This document shows, in pieces, positions 1 through 11,000 of a stretch of DNA of 64,000 bases; position 1 is the first letter of the stretch; every line of letters starts with the position of its first letter. The position numbers and the translations under genes are program-made. The notes under the pieces were generated by a model. The model was not told the origin of the DNA. It saw only the letters and a program-made list of their open reading frames with translations, and searched no databases. Source of the DNA: Thermoanaerobaculia bacterium (GTDB taxonomy: Bacteria > Acidobacteriota > Thermoanaerobaculia > UBA5066); NCBI GenBank assembly GCA_963816185.1, contig CAWFJJ010000029.1, positions 256,001 through 320,000 of the forward strand. Reading direction: 5' to 3'.

Positions 1-51
1 TGCCGCGTACCGCCGAGATTCCTCTCGTACAAAGTCTCCTCCAATCCTTCG

Positions 52-357
52 TCAGGGCACGTGACCGACCATGTCGAGGCGGGCGAGCTGGGCCACTCCC
101 GCGAGCGCGTCGTCGAGCGTCGGCCCCGTCGCCTCCTCGTAGTCTTCGCCCCTCTTGGCCTCGGCGCGCCAGGTCAGGCCCCACCGGACCGTCCAGCCTT
201 CCTCTTTCAGCTGCCGGAGGAGGCCCTCCCACTCGCGGCCTCTCTCGCAACGGAGGGCCACGAGCGCCTGGAAGCTCGCCTTGAGCAGCTCGAGGTCGAC
301 GTCGTTCAGCGCCACGCTCTCCGGAAGCGGTACTTCGAGAGTTCGTCTCGCGAGCAT
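52..357 (-). CDS. small hypothetical protein (101 aa), distal gene of the acpS-acs-ACP-kbl operon
   Basis: C-terminal part of track ORF 52..1635 from MLARRTLEV; GGGGGAGG RBS just upstream; starts 20 nt after the kbl stop. Confidence 0.65.
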   Translation of the reverse strand: MLARRTLEVPLPESVALNDVDLELLKASFQALVALRCERGREWEGLLRQLKEEGWTVRWGLTWRAEAKRGEDYEEATGPTLDDALAGVAQLARLDMVGHVP

Positions 358-377
358 GCTCGCCTCCCCCGGCCTCC

Positions 378-1635
378 CTAGAGGCCGTATCTCTCCACGA
401 TCTCGCTCTTCGACTTGCCGAGAATGTCGTGCTTCTTTCCCACCTTCCGGAAGGCCTCGATGGCCTTTTCGAGATGGGCTGTCGTGTGCGCAGCGGAAAG
501 CTGAGTCCGGATTCGGGCCTGTCCCTTCGCGACGACCGGGAAGAAGAAGCCGACGACGTAGACCCCTTCCGCGAAGAGGTCGCGCGCCACGTCCTGCGCG
601 AGCTTCGCGTTGTAGAGCATGACCGGGACGATCGGGCTCTCGCCGGCCTTGATGTCGAAGCCGGCCTCCGTCAGGAGCCGCCGCCAGACCCTGGCGTTCT
701 CCTCGAGCCGGTCGCGCCGTTCGGTCGTTTTGGAGACGAGGTCCAGCACCTTGAGCGTTCCGGCCACGATGACCGAGGCCAGCGTGTTCGAGAAGAGGTA
801 CGGCCGCGCCCGCTGGCGGCACAGCTCGACGATCTCCCTCCGCCCGCTGACACAGCCTCCCGAGGCCCCGCCCAGCGCCTTGCCGAACGTCGTGGTGAGG
901 ACGTCGATCTTTCCGAGAACGCCGAAGCGCTCGGGCGTCCCGCGGCCCGTCTTTCCGATGAAGCCGGAGGCGTGCGAATCGTCGACGAAGACCATCGCGT
1001 CGTGCTTTTCGCAGAGGGCCACGATCTCGTCGAGCTTCGCGAGGTCGCCGTCCATCGAGAAGACGCCGTCGGTGATCACGAGGCGGAAGCGCTTGTCCTG
1101 GTGCTCGACGAGCTTCTCCTCGAGGTGACCCATGTCGGAGTGCTTGTACGTGTCCTGCGCCGCCTTGCAGAGGCGCATCCCGTCCACGATCGAGGCGTGG
1201 ACGAGCCGGTCGGCGATCATCACGTCCTTGTCGGAGAGGAATGCCTCGAAGACCCCGGCGTTCGCGTCGAGGCAGGACGAGAACAGGAGAGTGTCCTCCG
1301 TCCCGAGGAACTCCGTCAGCCGGTTCTCCAGCTCGCGGTGGATGTCCTGCGTGCCGCAGATGAAGCGGACGGACGACATGCCGTACCCGCGGCGTGTCGA
1401 GCCCGGCGTGCGCCGCCGCGAGCACGTCGGGGTGCGACGAGAGGCCGAGGTAGTTGTTCGAGCAGAGGTTCAGGACCTTCTTGAGCGGAGCGCCCGCGGG
1501 GAACTCGACCTCGATCTCGGCCCCCTGCGGCGCGTGGATGTATCGCTCCTCCTTGAAGAGGCCGGCGGCCTTCAGGGTTTCGAGCTCTGCGCCGAGAACG
1601 TCGCGGAAGGTCGCGGAAAGAGTCTCGGTGGCCAT
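378..1635 (-). CDS. kbl: glycine C-acetyltransferase (2-amino-3-ketobutyrate CoA ligase), alpha-oxoamine synthase family; one frameshift near 1393
   Basis: N-terminus in ORF 52..1635 ([22 protein letters not shown]) continues in ORF 378..1379 ([35 protein letters not shown] with PLP Lys, RPYLFSN). Confidence 0.9.
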
Positions 1636-1636
1636 G

Positions 1637-1894
1637 TCAGACCTCCACGGGAGTGAACCGCTTCACGAGATCGAAGATGCTGTCGACGGTGTTGAAGGCC
1701 TCGGGCGTCGCGTCCGCGTCGGGGATCTTCACGGCGCACTTCCTCTCGAGAAAGCGCTTGAGGGAGACCATCGAGAAGGAGTCGACGATCCCGCCGGTGA
1801 TGAGCGGCGTCGACGTCTTCAGCTCGCGCTCGTCCCCCTCCTCGAGATACTCGCGCCGGACGTAGTCGAGGATGGTCTTCTTGAGGTCGTCCAT
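1637..1894 (-). CDS. acyl carrier protein
   Basis: 85 aa, acidic, GIVDSFSMV phosphopantetheine Ser motif; abuts both neighbours. Confidence 0.9.
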   Translation of the reverse strand: MDDLKKTILDYVRREYLEEGDERELKTSTPLITGGIVDSFSMVSLKRFLERKCAVKIPDADATPEAFNTVDSIFDLVKRFTPVEV

Positions 1895-3628
1895 TCAGTC
1901 CTCCATCAGGGTCGAAAGGTCGCCGACCGGCTCGCCCCACTCCTGCGCGCGGAGGACCCGGCGGACGATCTTGCCGCTCCGGTTTCGCGGGAGCGACGCC
2001 ACGAAGGCGATCTCCTGCGGCATCGCGATGGGAGAGAGCCGTTTCCGGACGAAGTTCATGATCTCGAGCTCGAGGTCCTCTCCCGGAGTGAAGCCCGGCT
2101 TGAGCGCGACGAACGCCTTGACGACTTCCATGTTCACCGCGTCGGGCTTGGCGACCGCCGCCGACTCGGCGACGGCGGGATGCTCGAGAAGCGCCGACTC
2201 GACCTCGAACGGACCGACGAGGTGCCCTCCCGTGTTGATCACGTCGTCGTCCCGTCCCACGAACCAGAAGTAGCCGTCTGCGTCCACGGTGGCGCGATCG
2301 CCGGTGAGGTACCAGCCGTTCGAGAACTTCTTCGCGTACCCGTCGGGATTGTTCCAGTAGCCGCTGATCATCGAGGGCCAGCCGGGGCGGAGGCCGATCA
2401 CCCCGACACGCCCCGGCTCCGTGTACGGCTCGAGCGTCGCCGGGTCGAGGACGGCGGCCGCGATGCCCGGGAAGGGCTTTCCCATCGAGCCGGGCTTCAC
2501 CGGCATCCCGGGGTAGTTGGAGATGACGATGCAGCCCGTCTCCGTCTGCCAGTACGTGTCGTGGAAGGGGAGGCCGAACGCCTCACGCGACCAGTGGACC
2601 GCCTCGGGATTGAGCGGCTCGCCGACGCTCGCGAGATGCCGGAGCGAGGAGAGGTCGTGGCGCTTCGCCGTCCCCGTCCCCTCGCGCATCAGGAGGCGAA
2701 TCGCCGTCGGGGCGGAGTACCAGACGCTGATTCGCCGCTTCTCGATGAAGTCGTACCAGCGGTCGGCCCCGAACCCGGAGTCGAGGACGGCCTGCGTGAT
2801 GCCGTTCGACCAGGGGCCGATGATCCCGTACGACGTTCCTGTCACCCAGCCGGGATCCGCGTTGCACCAGTAGACGTCGTCCGATCTCAGGTCGAGCACC
2901 CACTTCGCCGTCAGATACTGTGAGACGAGCGACCGGTGGACGTGTTGCGCGCCCTTGGGCTGCCCGGTCGTTCCGGACGTGTAATGGAGGACCGACGGCG
3001 TCTCGGCCGTCGCGGGGAAGACGTGGAACTTCTGGAGGCGCGGCTCGGAATCAATGTCGAGCGCGACCTCGCCGTCCTGCAGCGCGAGGCCCTGCGCGTC
3101 GACGACGACGACCGTCCGAAGAGCAGGGAGGTTCGGGCGTGCCCGCCGGACCTTCGGCAGGTGCTTCCTCTGCGTCACGACGGCCGCCGTTCCGGCGTCG
3201 AGAAGGCGCGTCAGGAGCGACTCCTCGCCGAAGGCGGAGAAGAGAGGCTGGACGACCGCGCCCATCTTGAGGATCCCGACGAAACCGATGTACAGCTCGG
3301 GCACGCGGTCCAGGAAGAGACAGATCCGCTCGGAGGGCTCGAGGCCGAAACGCGAGAGCGCGGCGGCGACGGCGTTCGAGAGGAGGCGCAGGTCGTCGAA
3401 GGTGTACGCCCTCTCGCGGCCGTCGGACGCTTCCCAGAGAAGCGCCGGCTTCCTCGCGAGGCCGAGCCGGCAAATCCGGTCGGTCAGATGCCACCCGATG
3501 TTGACCGGCTCACCGCGACCCCACCCCATCTCCTTCTCGGCGATCGCCCAGTCGAATCCCTCGAGCCGTTCTTCGTACGAGCCGATGTTGCAGAGCCGCT
3601 TCTCTTCGAGGATTTCCGTCGCATACAT
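1895..3628 (-). CDS. AcsA-like acetate/short-chain acyl-AMP ligase (ANL superfamily)
   Basis: YTSGTTGQPKG, DPGWVTG, DTYWQTETG, GRDDD, RSGKIVRR motifs; start placed at MYATE, 5 nt after the acpS stop. Confidence 0.9.
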   Translation of the reverse strand: MYATEILEEKRLCNIGSYEERLEGFDWAIAEKEMGWGRGEPVNIGWHLTDRICRLGLARKPALLWEASDGRERAYTFDDLRLLSNAVAAALSRFGLEPSERICLFLDRVPELYIGFVGILKMGAVVQPLFSAFGEESLLTRLLDAGTAAVVTQRKHLPKVRRARPNLPALRTVVVVDAQGLALQDGEVALDIDSEPRLQKFHVFPATAETPSVLHYTSGTTGQPKGAQHVHRSLVSQYLTAKWVLDLRSDDVYWCNADPGWVTGTSYGIIGPWSNGITQAVLDSGFGADRWYDFIEKRRISVWYSAPTAIRLLMREGTGTAKRHDLSSLRHLASVGEPLNPEAVHWSREAFGLPFHDTYWQTETGCIVISNYPGMPVKPGSMGKPFPGIAAAVLDPATLEPYTEPGRVGVIGLRPGWPSMISGYWNNPDGYAKKFSNGWYLTGDRATVDADGYFWFVGRDDDVINTGGHLVGPFEVESALLEHPAVAESAAVAKPDAVNMEVVKAFVALKPGFTPGEDLELEIMNFVRKRLSPIAMPQEIAFVASLPRNRSGKIVRRVLRAQEWGEPVGDLSTLMED

Positions 3629-3633
3629 GGCGA

Positions 3634-4008
3634 TCACCCCTGAAGCACGACGCTCGCCGCGGCGAGGCTGTCCGTGTGCGAGAGGGAAACCAGAATGTTT
3701 GTTACGCCGAGGCGGTCGGCCGCCTCTTTCACACAGCCGTGGAGGAGGAGGCGCGGCGGTGCATCCCCTGCCCCGGCGACCTCGACCTCGCGCCAGAAAT
3801 CGCGCGACGTCGAGCCCGCGAGGGCCTTGAAAAGCGCCTCCTTGGCCGCGAAGCGGGCAGCGAAATGCCGCGCCGGGTACCGCTTGGCCTCGCAATACTC
3901 GATCTCGGCCGGCGTGAAGACCGTGTTCCGGAACTCAGCCCCGTCCTGCTCCAGCTCCTTCGCCATTCGGGCGACGTCGAGGAGGTCGGTACCGATCCCG
4001 AGGATCAT
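3634..4008 (-). CDS. acpS: holo-ACP synthase
   Basis: MILGIGTDL, FAARFAAKEA, VSLSH motifs. Confidence 0.92.
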   Translation of the reverse strand: MILGIGTDLLDVARMAKELEQDGAEFRNTVFTPAEIEYCEAKRYPARHFAARFAAKEALFKALAGSTSRDFWREVEVAGAGDAPPRLLLHGCVKEAADRLGVTNILVSLSHTDSLAAASVVLQG

Positions 4009-4124
4009 GGACGTGACTCATCCCAAACGTCTGACCCCCGGGAAGCCCGCCCGCCATGATTCATGATCATCATGGCGGGAATGAGGAGACGGATCCCGCG
4101 GTACACTTTTCCCGTGTCCCGGAA

Positions 4125-5102
4125 ATGACCCCGCACACGTCCGACTCGCTTCTCGCGCTCGCCCGAAACTTCCAGGAATGCCGAGTCCTTCTGACGGGCG
4201 CGGAGCTGGACCTCTTCACGCTCCTCGCACCCGAGGCGCTTGGACTCGAGGGGATCGTGTCAAAGACCGGTGCCGACCCTCGCGCGCTCGAGATCCTGCT
4301 CGACGCGCTCGCGGCGCAGGGGCTGCTCGCGAAGGAGGGGGGAAAGTGGCGGACCGAGCCGTCCGTCGCGCCTCTCCTGGTCGCGCGAGCCGAGGGCTCG
4401 ATCCTCCCGATGGTTCTTCACGCCGCGAACCTCTGGAACAACTGGTCGGAGCTCACGCGGAAAGTCGCTCCGAAGCATGCCGAGGTGTCCGGCCCGCAAT
4501 TCCTCGCGGCGTTCATCGGCGCGATGCACGTCGTCGCCGCACCGCAAGCCGACTCGATCGTCGCCGCCGTCGGCGCGGGCGGGGCGCGCCGGCTTCTCGA
4601 CGTGGGCGGCGCCTCGGGGACGTATACCCTCGCGTTCCTCCGCGCGAACCCCGGGATGACGGCCACACTGTTCGATCGGCGGCCAGTCGTGGAGATGGCG
4701 CGAACACGCCTCGGCGCGGCCGGCGTCCTGTCTCGCGTGACGCTCGCCGGGGGCGACTTCGCCACCGATCCACTGCCGCCCGGACATGACCTCGCTTTCG
4801 TTTCAGCCATCATTCACCAGAACTCGCCCGCCGAGAACCTCGTGCTCTACCAGAGGATCCACGAGGCGCTCGTCCCGGGCGGCCGCCTCGTCATCCGCGA
4901 TCACGTGATGCAGCCCGATCGCACCCGCCCCCGCGCCGGCGCGCTCTTCGCGATCAACATGCTGGTCGGGACCGCGGGCGGGGGGACGTACACGTTCGAC
5001 GAGATTGGCGGCGGGCTGAGGGGGGCGGGCTTCGAGCGCGTGCGCCTCGTTCAGACGGGCGAGAGGATGGACGCACTGGTGGAGGCGTTCAAGGTCGGCT
5101 AG
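4125..5102 (+). CDS. SAM-dependent O-methyltransferase with N-terminal dimerisation domain
   Basis: LLDVGGASG, AGGDF, SAIIH motifs; start uncertain (track 4056). Confidence 0.85.
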   Translation: MTPHTSDSLLALARNFQECRVLLTGAELDLFTLLAPEALGLEGIVSKTGADPRALEILLDALAAQGLLAKEGGKWRTEPSVAPLLVARAEGSILPMVLHAANLWNNWSELTRKVAPKHAEVSGPQFLAAFIGAMHVVAAPQADSIVAAVGAGGARRLLDVGGASGTYTLAFLRANPGMTATLFDRRPVVEMARTRLGAAGVLSRVTLAGGDFATDPLPPGHDLAFVSAIIHQNSPAENLVLYQRIHEALVPGGRLVIRDHVMQPDRTRPRAGALFAINMLVGTAGGGTYTFDEIGGGLRGAGFERVRLVQTGERMDALVEAFKVG

Positions 5103-5968
5103 AGCCCCGCCAACCGTCCGATGATCGGCGGGATCAGATATGTCGCGAGCTGCCGTTGAGAGCCTCCTCCGAGGACGACCTCCAGCTTCGCTCCGCAGGC
5201 CTTCTCCGCCAGCTCTTTCATCAGAACCGCGATGCTCCAGTAGCAGGGTCCCGAGAGGCCTATGTCAGCGTAATCGCCCTCGTGAGTGTCGAAGCCGAAA
5301 TACCAGAAGAGAAAGTCCGGCTTAAACGTGCCGACCCGGTCGTCGGCGTTCCGCGCGACGAGATCGAAATAGGCGTCGTTCATGGCTTCGCTTCCTCCGC
5401 CCTCCGAGGGGATCGGACAGGCCACGTCGACCTTCGTGCCGTCTTTGGACTCGAAGTCCGCGCTGCAGAAGCAGATGTGGAGGACGTCGGAATCATCGCG
5501 GAAGATCTCGCGCGTCCCGTCGGCGTGGTGTGCATCCGTGTCCACGATCGCGAAGCGCTTCAGGCCGACCTTCTCGCGCAGGTTGACGATGCAGAGGGCC
5601 ACGTCGTTGAAGCAGCAGAAGCCTCCGAATTCGTTGCTACCCGCGTGATGCCCGCCCGCGCCGATGAACGCAAAGGCGTTCGTGAGGTCCCCGCTCGCGA
5701 TCTTCTCGCCGGCGGCGACCACGCCTCCCGCCGAATGCCAGGCCGTGGAGCAAAGGGGATCCTTTTCGACGCGCTCCAGAAGGTCAGGCGTGTGAATCTT
5801 CAACAGCAATTCCCGGGAGACGGGCTCCGGCTCGTACAACTTGACCCTGTCGCTCTCCAGAAGCTTGTCGAGGGCGCTCGGAAAGTCGGCCAGCCGCGTG
5901 CCGACCGTCAGGTAGCTACGCCGGGAGAAGGAAGAGTGATAGAAGACTCCGGTCGCGTGCTTCGCCAT
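5099..5968 (-). CDS. histone deacetylase / AcuC-like Zn amidohydrolase
   Basis: GGHHAG, GFCCFNDVA, DTDAHHADGT, GFDTH motifs; start MAKHATG after GGAGA-like RBS. Confidence 0.85.
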   Translation of the reverse strand: MAKHATGVFYHSSFSRRSYLTVGTRLADFPSALDKLLESDRVKLYEPEPVSRELLLKIHTPDLLERVEKDPLCSTAWHSAGGVVAAGEKIASGDLTNAFAFIGAGGHHAGSNEFGGFCCFNDVALCIVNLREKVGLKRFAIVDTDAHHADGTREIFRDDSDVLHICFCSADFESKDGTKVDVACPIPSEGGGSEAMNDAYFDLVARNADDRVGTFKPDFLFWYFGFDTHEGDYADIGLSGPCYWSIAVLMKELAEKACGAKLEVVLGGGSQRQLATYLIPPIIGRLAGL

Positions 5969-5999
5969 GATTGTCTCGCCCTGAGAAGAAAGACGAGGC

Positions 6000-6779
6000 C
6001 TACTCCCACTTCGGCGGTCGCTTCTCGAGGAAGGCGTGGAGGCCTTCGGCGAAGTCGGGGGTGCCCGCGAGGTGAACCGCCGCGTCGAGCTCGAGGGCGA
6101 GGGCATCTTCATACGGGAGATCGAGGCCCAGCGTGATGCACCGGCGGATGGCCGCGAGCGCGGAGGCCGGCTTCTTGGCCAGAGCCGCGGCATACGCCTG
6201 GGCCTCCTCCCGGAGCTTCTCGGGAGGCACGACGAAATCCACGAGCCCCATCGCGAGCGCTTCGTCGGCCGTGACGAGATTTCCCTCGTAGAGAAAACGC
6301 AACGCACGAGGGCGGCCGAGGAGCCGGGACAGGGACTGCGTGGTGCCCACGGGCGGAATGAAACCGATGTTGATCTCCGGCTGCCCAAGGCGTGCATCCT
6401 TCGCGGCAAAACGGACATCGCAGTGGAGAACGATCTCGAGTCCGCCGCCGACCGCCGTCCCGTGAATGGCGCCGAGAAGCGGCTTCGGAGCCTCGCGGAT
6501 CTGTCCGACGAGACGATGACAGATCTCGACCCATTCCCGCATTTCCCCCGGCCGCATGGCCTTGAGGACTTTGAGGTCCGCTCCGGTCGAGAAGAACTTC
6601 TCGAGCGCGCTGGCAATCACGATGACGCGAACGCCGGCATCCCGCAGGAGCTCGTCCAGCGCCAGCGGGATTTCGCGGAGCATCGTCCAGTCGATGGCGT
6701 TGAGGGGCGGCCGCCGGTACTCGAGCCAGCCGACGCGGTCTCTTACGCTCGTTTTCAGGAACTCGTAGCTCATGGTCAC
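6000..6779 (-). CDS. enoyl-CoA hydratase/isomerase family protein
   Basis: FSTGADL, GGGLE, QPEINIG, FLEKRPPKW. Confidence 0.9.
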   Translation of the reverse strand: MTMSYEFLKTSVRDRVGWLEYRRPPLNAIDWTMLREIPLALDELLRDAGVRVIVIASALEKFFSTGADLKVLKAMRPGEMREWVEICHRLVGQIREAPKPLLGAIHGTAVGGGLEIVLHCDVRFAAKDARLGQPEINIGFIPPVGTTQSLSRLLGRPRALRFLYEGNLVTADEALAMGLVDFVVPPEKLREEAQAYAAALAKKPASALAAIRRCITLGLDLPYEDALALELDAAVHLAGTPDFAEGLHAFLEKRPPKWE

Positions 6780-6852
6780 CTCGCCGAATCGATCTTCAGC
6801 GGGCGATTATCGGCCCGGCATACGATCGGCCGCCGGACGAGGGAGGGCGGGG

Positions 6853-8043
6853 ATGGCGGAGCACGCGGACGTCGCGATCATCGGCGCCGGAGTCATCGGC
6901 TGCAGCGTCGCGTTCCACCTCGCGCGCCTCGGCCGGCGCGGCGTCTTCTTGATCGAGAAGGAGCCGTTGCCCGGCTCGGGCTCGACGTCGAAGGCGAACG
7001 GCGGCATCCGGGCCCAGTTCACGACGGAGATCAACGTCGCGATGTCCCTCGCCTCGATGGCCATCCTCGACTCTCTCGCGGACGAGATCGGCGACCCGCC
7101 GCTCTACCGGAAGGCCGGCTACCTCTTCCTCACGGGCGACCCGGCGCGGCTCTCCGCGATGAAGGCCGCCGCCGCGTTCCAGCGCGCGCGCGGCGTCAGC
7201 GTCGAGGTCCTCGACGCGGCGGGCGTGCGCGCGAAGGCGCCCTACGCGGCCGGGCCGATCCTGGGCGGCACTTTCGGCCCGCGCGACGGATTCATCGATC
7301 CGGGCGGCCTGACGAACTTCTTCCTGCGCGAGGCGACACGGGCCGGCGTCACGGTGCGCTACGGCGCCGGGGTGACGGCGGTCGAGAGGGAGTCCTCCGG
7401 GACGTTCTGCCTCCGCACGGCGGCCGGCGAGATCCGGGCTTCCGTCGTGGTCGACGCCGCGGGACCTTTCTCGGGCCGCGTCGCGGCGCTCTTCGGGGTG
7501 GACCTTCCCGTCGTGCCCGTCCGCCGGCACATCCTCATCAGCGGGCCTTGCCCCTCGCTCCCGCAGACGATCCCCATGACGATCGACGCGGACAGCGGCA
7601 TCCTCATCCGCCGCGAGGGAAACCGGGTCCTGATCGCGTACTCGAACCCCGACGAGCCCGCCGGCTTCAACACCGCCTTCGACCCCGACTTCCCGCTCCG
7701 CATCGCCGAGCCGTTGGAGGCGCGTTTCCCCGCGGTCGGCGCAGCGGGCCTCGACCTCAAGCGGAGCTGGGCCGGGCTCTACGAGGTGACGCCCGACCAC
7801 CACGCCGTCATCGGCCCCGTTCCGGACGTGCCCGGCTTTTTCGTCGTCGCCGGCTTCTCCGGCCACGGCGTCATGCACGCGCCGGCGGCGGGCCGGGCGG
7901 TCGCCGAGATGATCGTCAAGGGGCGGAGCGAAAGCGTGGACGTCGGGGCGCTGTCCCTCGAGCGGTTCGCCCGCGGCGAGGCGATCCACGAGACGATGGT
8001 CCTCTGCCACGTTGACGAATTACGAGAAACAGAAGAAGCGTAA
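6853..8043 (+). CDS. FAD-dependent amine/amino-acid oxidoreductase (sarcosine oxidase beta / DAO family)
   Basis: IIGAGVIG, GGIRAQF, WAGLYEVTPDHH, GFSGHG; start MAEHAD after GGGAGG. Confidence 0.88.
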   Translation: MAEHADVAIIGAGVIGCSVAFHLARLGRRGVFLIEKEPLPGSGSTSKANGGIRAQFTTEINVAMSLASMAILDSLADEIGDPPLYRKAGYLFLTGDPARLSAMKAAAAFQRARGVSVEVLDAAGVRAKAPYAAGPILGGTFGPRDGFIDPGGLTNFFLREATRAGVTVRYGAGVTAVERESSGTFCLRTAAGEIRASVVVDAAGPFSGRVAALFGVDLPVVPVRRHILISGPCPSLPQTIPMTIDADSGILIRREGNRVLIAYSNPDEPAGFNTAFDPDFPLRIAEPLEARFPAVGAAGLDLKRSWAGLYEVTPDHHAVIGPVPDVPGFFVVAGFSGHGVMHAPAAGRAVAEMIVKGRSESVDVGALSLERFARGEAIHETMVLCHVDELRETEEA

Positions 8044-8094
8044 CCGAATCGCTTTCGAGAGACCGCCCGCGCGGATATCATTCTGCGCGGGAAC

Positions 8095-11000
8095 ATGGAA
8101 TCGGGGTCAGACAGCCCGGACGTCGGGAAACGCCTCCGGGAGCGGGGAGAGCGTGTTCAGGCGGCGGCCTTCCGGATCGCCGAAGCCGTCACAGCGACCG
8201 AGAGCCTGAAGGAGCTGTTCTCGAGGATCCACTCGATCGTGAGCGGGCTGATGGAGGCCGCCAATCTCTACATCGCCCTGCACGACCCGGACCGCGACAT
8301 CCTCAGCTTTCCGTACTTCGTCGACGAGGTGGACGAGCCGTTTCCGCCGAAGCCTCTCGGCAAGGGCCTGACGGAGTACGTTCTCCGGACGGGCCGGCCC
8401 CTTCTCGCCTCTCCCGCCGTCTTCGAGGAGCTCGTCGCTTCCGGCGAGGTCGAGCCCATCGGGAGCGCCTCGGTCGACTGGCTCGGCGTCCCGTTGCGCG
8501 GCCGCGACCGGACCATCGGCGTCCTGGTGGTCCAGAGCTACTCGGGCAAAGTCCGCTACACCGAGGAGGATCGCGACCTCCTCGTCTTCGTCTCCTCCCA
8601 GATCGCCCAGACCATCGAGAGGAAACGCTCCGAAGAGGCCCTCCGCGAGAGCGAGCTGAAGCTGCGGTCGACCGTCGCGGATCTGAAGCGGCTGACCGAC
8701 AACATGGTCGACGTGATCAGCCAGGTGGACCTCGGGGGGCGGTTCCAGTTCGTCAGCCCGTCGCACGAGGTCGTGACGGGCTGGACGCCCGGAGAGCTCC
8801 TCGGCGCGAACGCCCTCGACCTCGTCCACCCCGACGACCGCGAGATGATCCGCGCCAAGCTGGCGCGCGGGGCGGTGACCGGAAAATCCGGAGTGGCGGA
8901 GTACCGGTACCGGGTTCGAGACGGAAGGTACATCTGGGTCGAGACCGTTTCGAACGTCCTGCGCGGTCCCGACGGAAAGCCGCAGGCCTACGTCCTCGGG
9001 TCCCGCGACGTGACCGCTCGCAAGAGGGCCGAGGCGGTCCTCGGGGTCCTCCACGAGACGGAAAGGAAGATCCTTCGCCACGAGCCGATCGAACGGATCC
9101 TGCAGTTCATCTGTGACGAGGTGGCGGGCCGATTCGAGTTCGCCGTCGTGTGGATCGGCACAAGGAGCCCGATGGGTCGATCGAGCCAGCGGGCCGTTGC
9201 GGGGCCGGCCGGGGACTTCGTCGAGGCAGAGCCGCTTCCGGTGGGACGGCGCGCCCGAAGGGCAGGGTCCGAGCGGGGAGGCCATCCGCACCGGCCGGCC
9301 GGTGGTCATTACGACGAAGGCGGACGAGAGGGTCGCGGCCTGGAAGGACGGCGTCGAGAAGTTCCGTCTCGGCTCGGCGCTGTCGATCCCGCTCGTCGTC
9401 GGGGAGTCCGTGCTCGGTGTCCTCTCGAGCTACTCGGACCGCCCGAACTCCTACGGCGAGGAGACGACCCGCCTTCTCACGCGCTTCGCCGACCAGGCGG
9501 CGCTCGCCCTCGTCGAAGCGGGGCAGCACGAGCGGATCGAGCTCCAGACCGCGGCGCTCGAGGCGGCGGCGAACGCGGTCGTCATCACGGACCGCGAGGG
9601 CCGGATCGAGTGGGTGAACCCCGCCTTCACGGAGCTCACCGGATGGCAGAGGGAGGAGGTCATCGGGAAGACCCCGCGAATCCTGAAGTCGGACATCCAG
9701 GCCCCCTACTACTACGAGAAGCTCTGGGAGACGATCGTGGCGGGGAACGTCTGGCGGGGCGAGCTTCACAACCGGCGCAAGGACGGCTCGGTCTACGTCG
9801 AGGAGCAGACCATCACCCCGGTCCGGTCGGCGGACGGAGAGATTCGCCACTTCATCTCGATCAAGCAGGACGTCACGGCCCGAAGGCAGAACGAGGAGCG
9901 GATCAGGCACCTCGCCTTGCACGACCCGCTCACGGACCTCTCCAACCGCCACGCGTTCGAAGAGTCTCTGGCGCGACCGTGTCCCGGCGCGCTCCGCGGA
10001 TCGCCGTCGTCGCTTCTCCTCCTCGACCTCGACAACTTCAAGATCGTCAACGATGCGCTCGGGCACCCCGCCGGCGACCAGGTCCTGGTCGAGGTGGCCC
10101 GTCTCATCGTGACGCTCGTGCGCCCCGGCGACGTGGTCGCCCGGTTCGGCGGCGACGAGTTCGCCGTCCTGCTCGAAGGGGTGGCGCTGGAGGGAGCCCG
10201 GATCACGGCGGAGCGGCTCCGGCAATCCGTCGACGAGCACCGGTTCTACGTCGGCGACCGTGCTTTCGACCTCGGGGTCAGCGTCGGAGTGGTCCCGGTG
10301 GACGGCCCGCGGACGCCTCGTCCCTGATGGCCGTCGCCGACACGGCGCTCTATGCCGCCAAGGAGAGGGGCCGCAACCGGGTGATGGTCGTCGAGAGCGC
10401 GCGAGCAGCGCCTCTCCGCTCTCCCAGGCGAGCCGCTGGGCGTCGCGGATCAAGGAGGCGCTGCGGGAGAATCGTTTCGTCCTCCACTACCAGCCGATCT
10501 TCCATTTCAAGTCGGGCCGAGCGGCGCACTTCGAGGCGCTCATCCGTCTGCAGGAGGGGCAGGACGACCTATCGCGCCGGAGGTCTTCCTCCCGGCGGCG
10601 GAGAGGTTCGGCCTGATGCCCTACGTCGATGCCTGGGTCGTGGACCAGCGTCATCGAGCTCCTGGTCAACCGTCCCGACGTGGAGATCTTCGTCAACCTC
10701 TCGGGCACGAGCCTGGGAGACGAGTCTCTCTCTCGTACATCGAGGAGCGCTGACCTCGACGGGCTCCCGGCCGGACGCCTGGCCTTCGAGATCACCGAGA
10801 CGGCGGCGGTCGAGGGACATCGTCGTCGCCCGCGAGTGGATGCGCCGGGTGAAGGACCGCGGGTGCCGGTTCGCGCTCGACGACTTCGGGACCGGGTTCT
10901 CTTCCTTCTCCTACCTCCAGAGCCTGCCGGCCGATTACGTGAAGATCGACGGCTCCTTCATCCGGGGAGTGGAGACCGACCCGGCCGCCCGTGCCCTCGT

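Noticed and set aside
52-1635. 527-aa ORF that looks like a Kbl N-terminus fused to a novel domain
   Set aside because: Artefact of the ~1393 frameshift: the middle is off-frame kbl and the end is a separate small gene with its own RBS.
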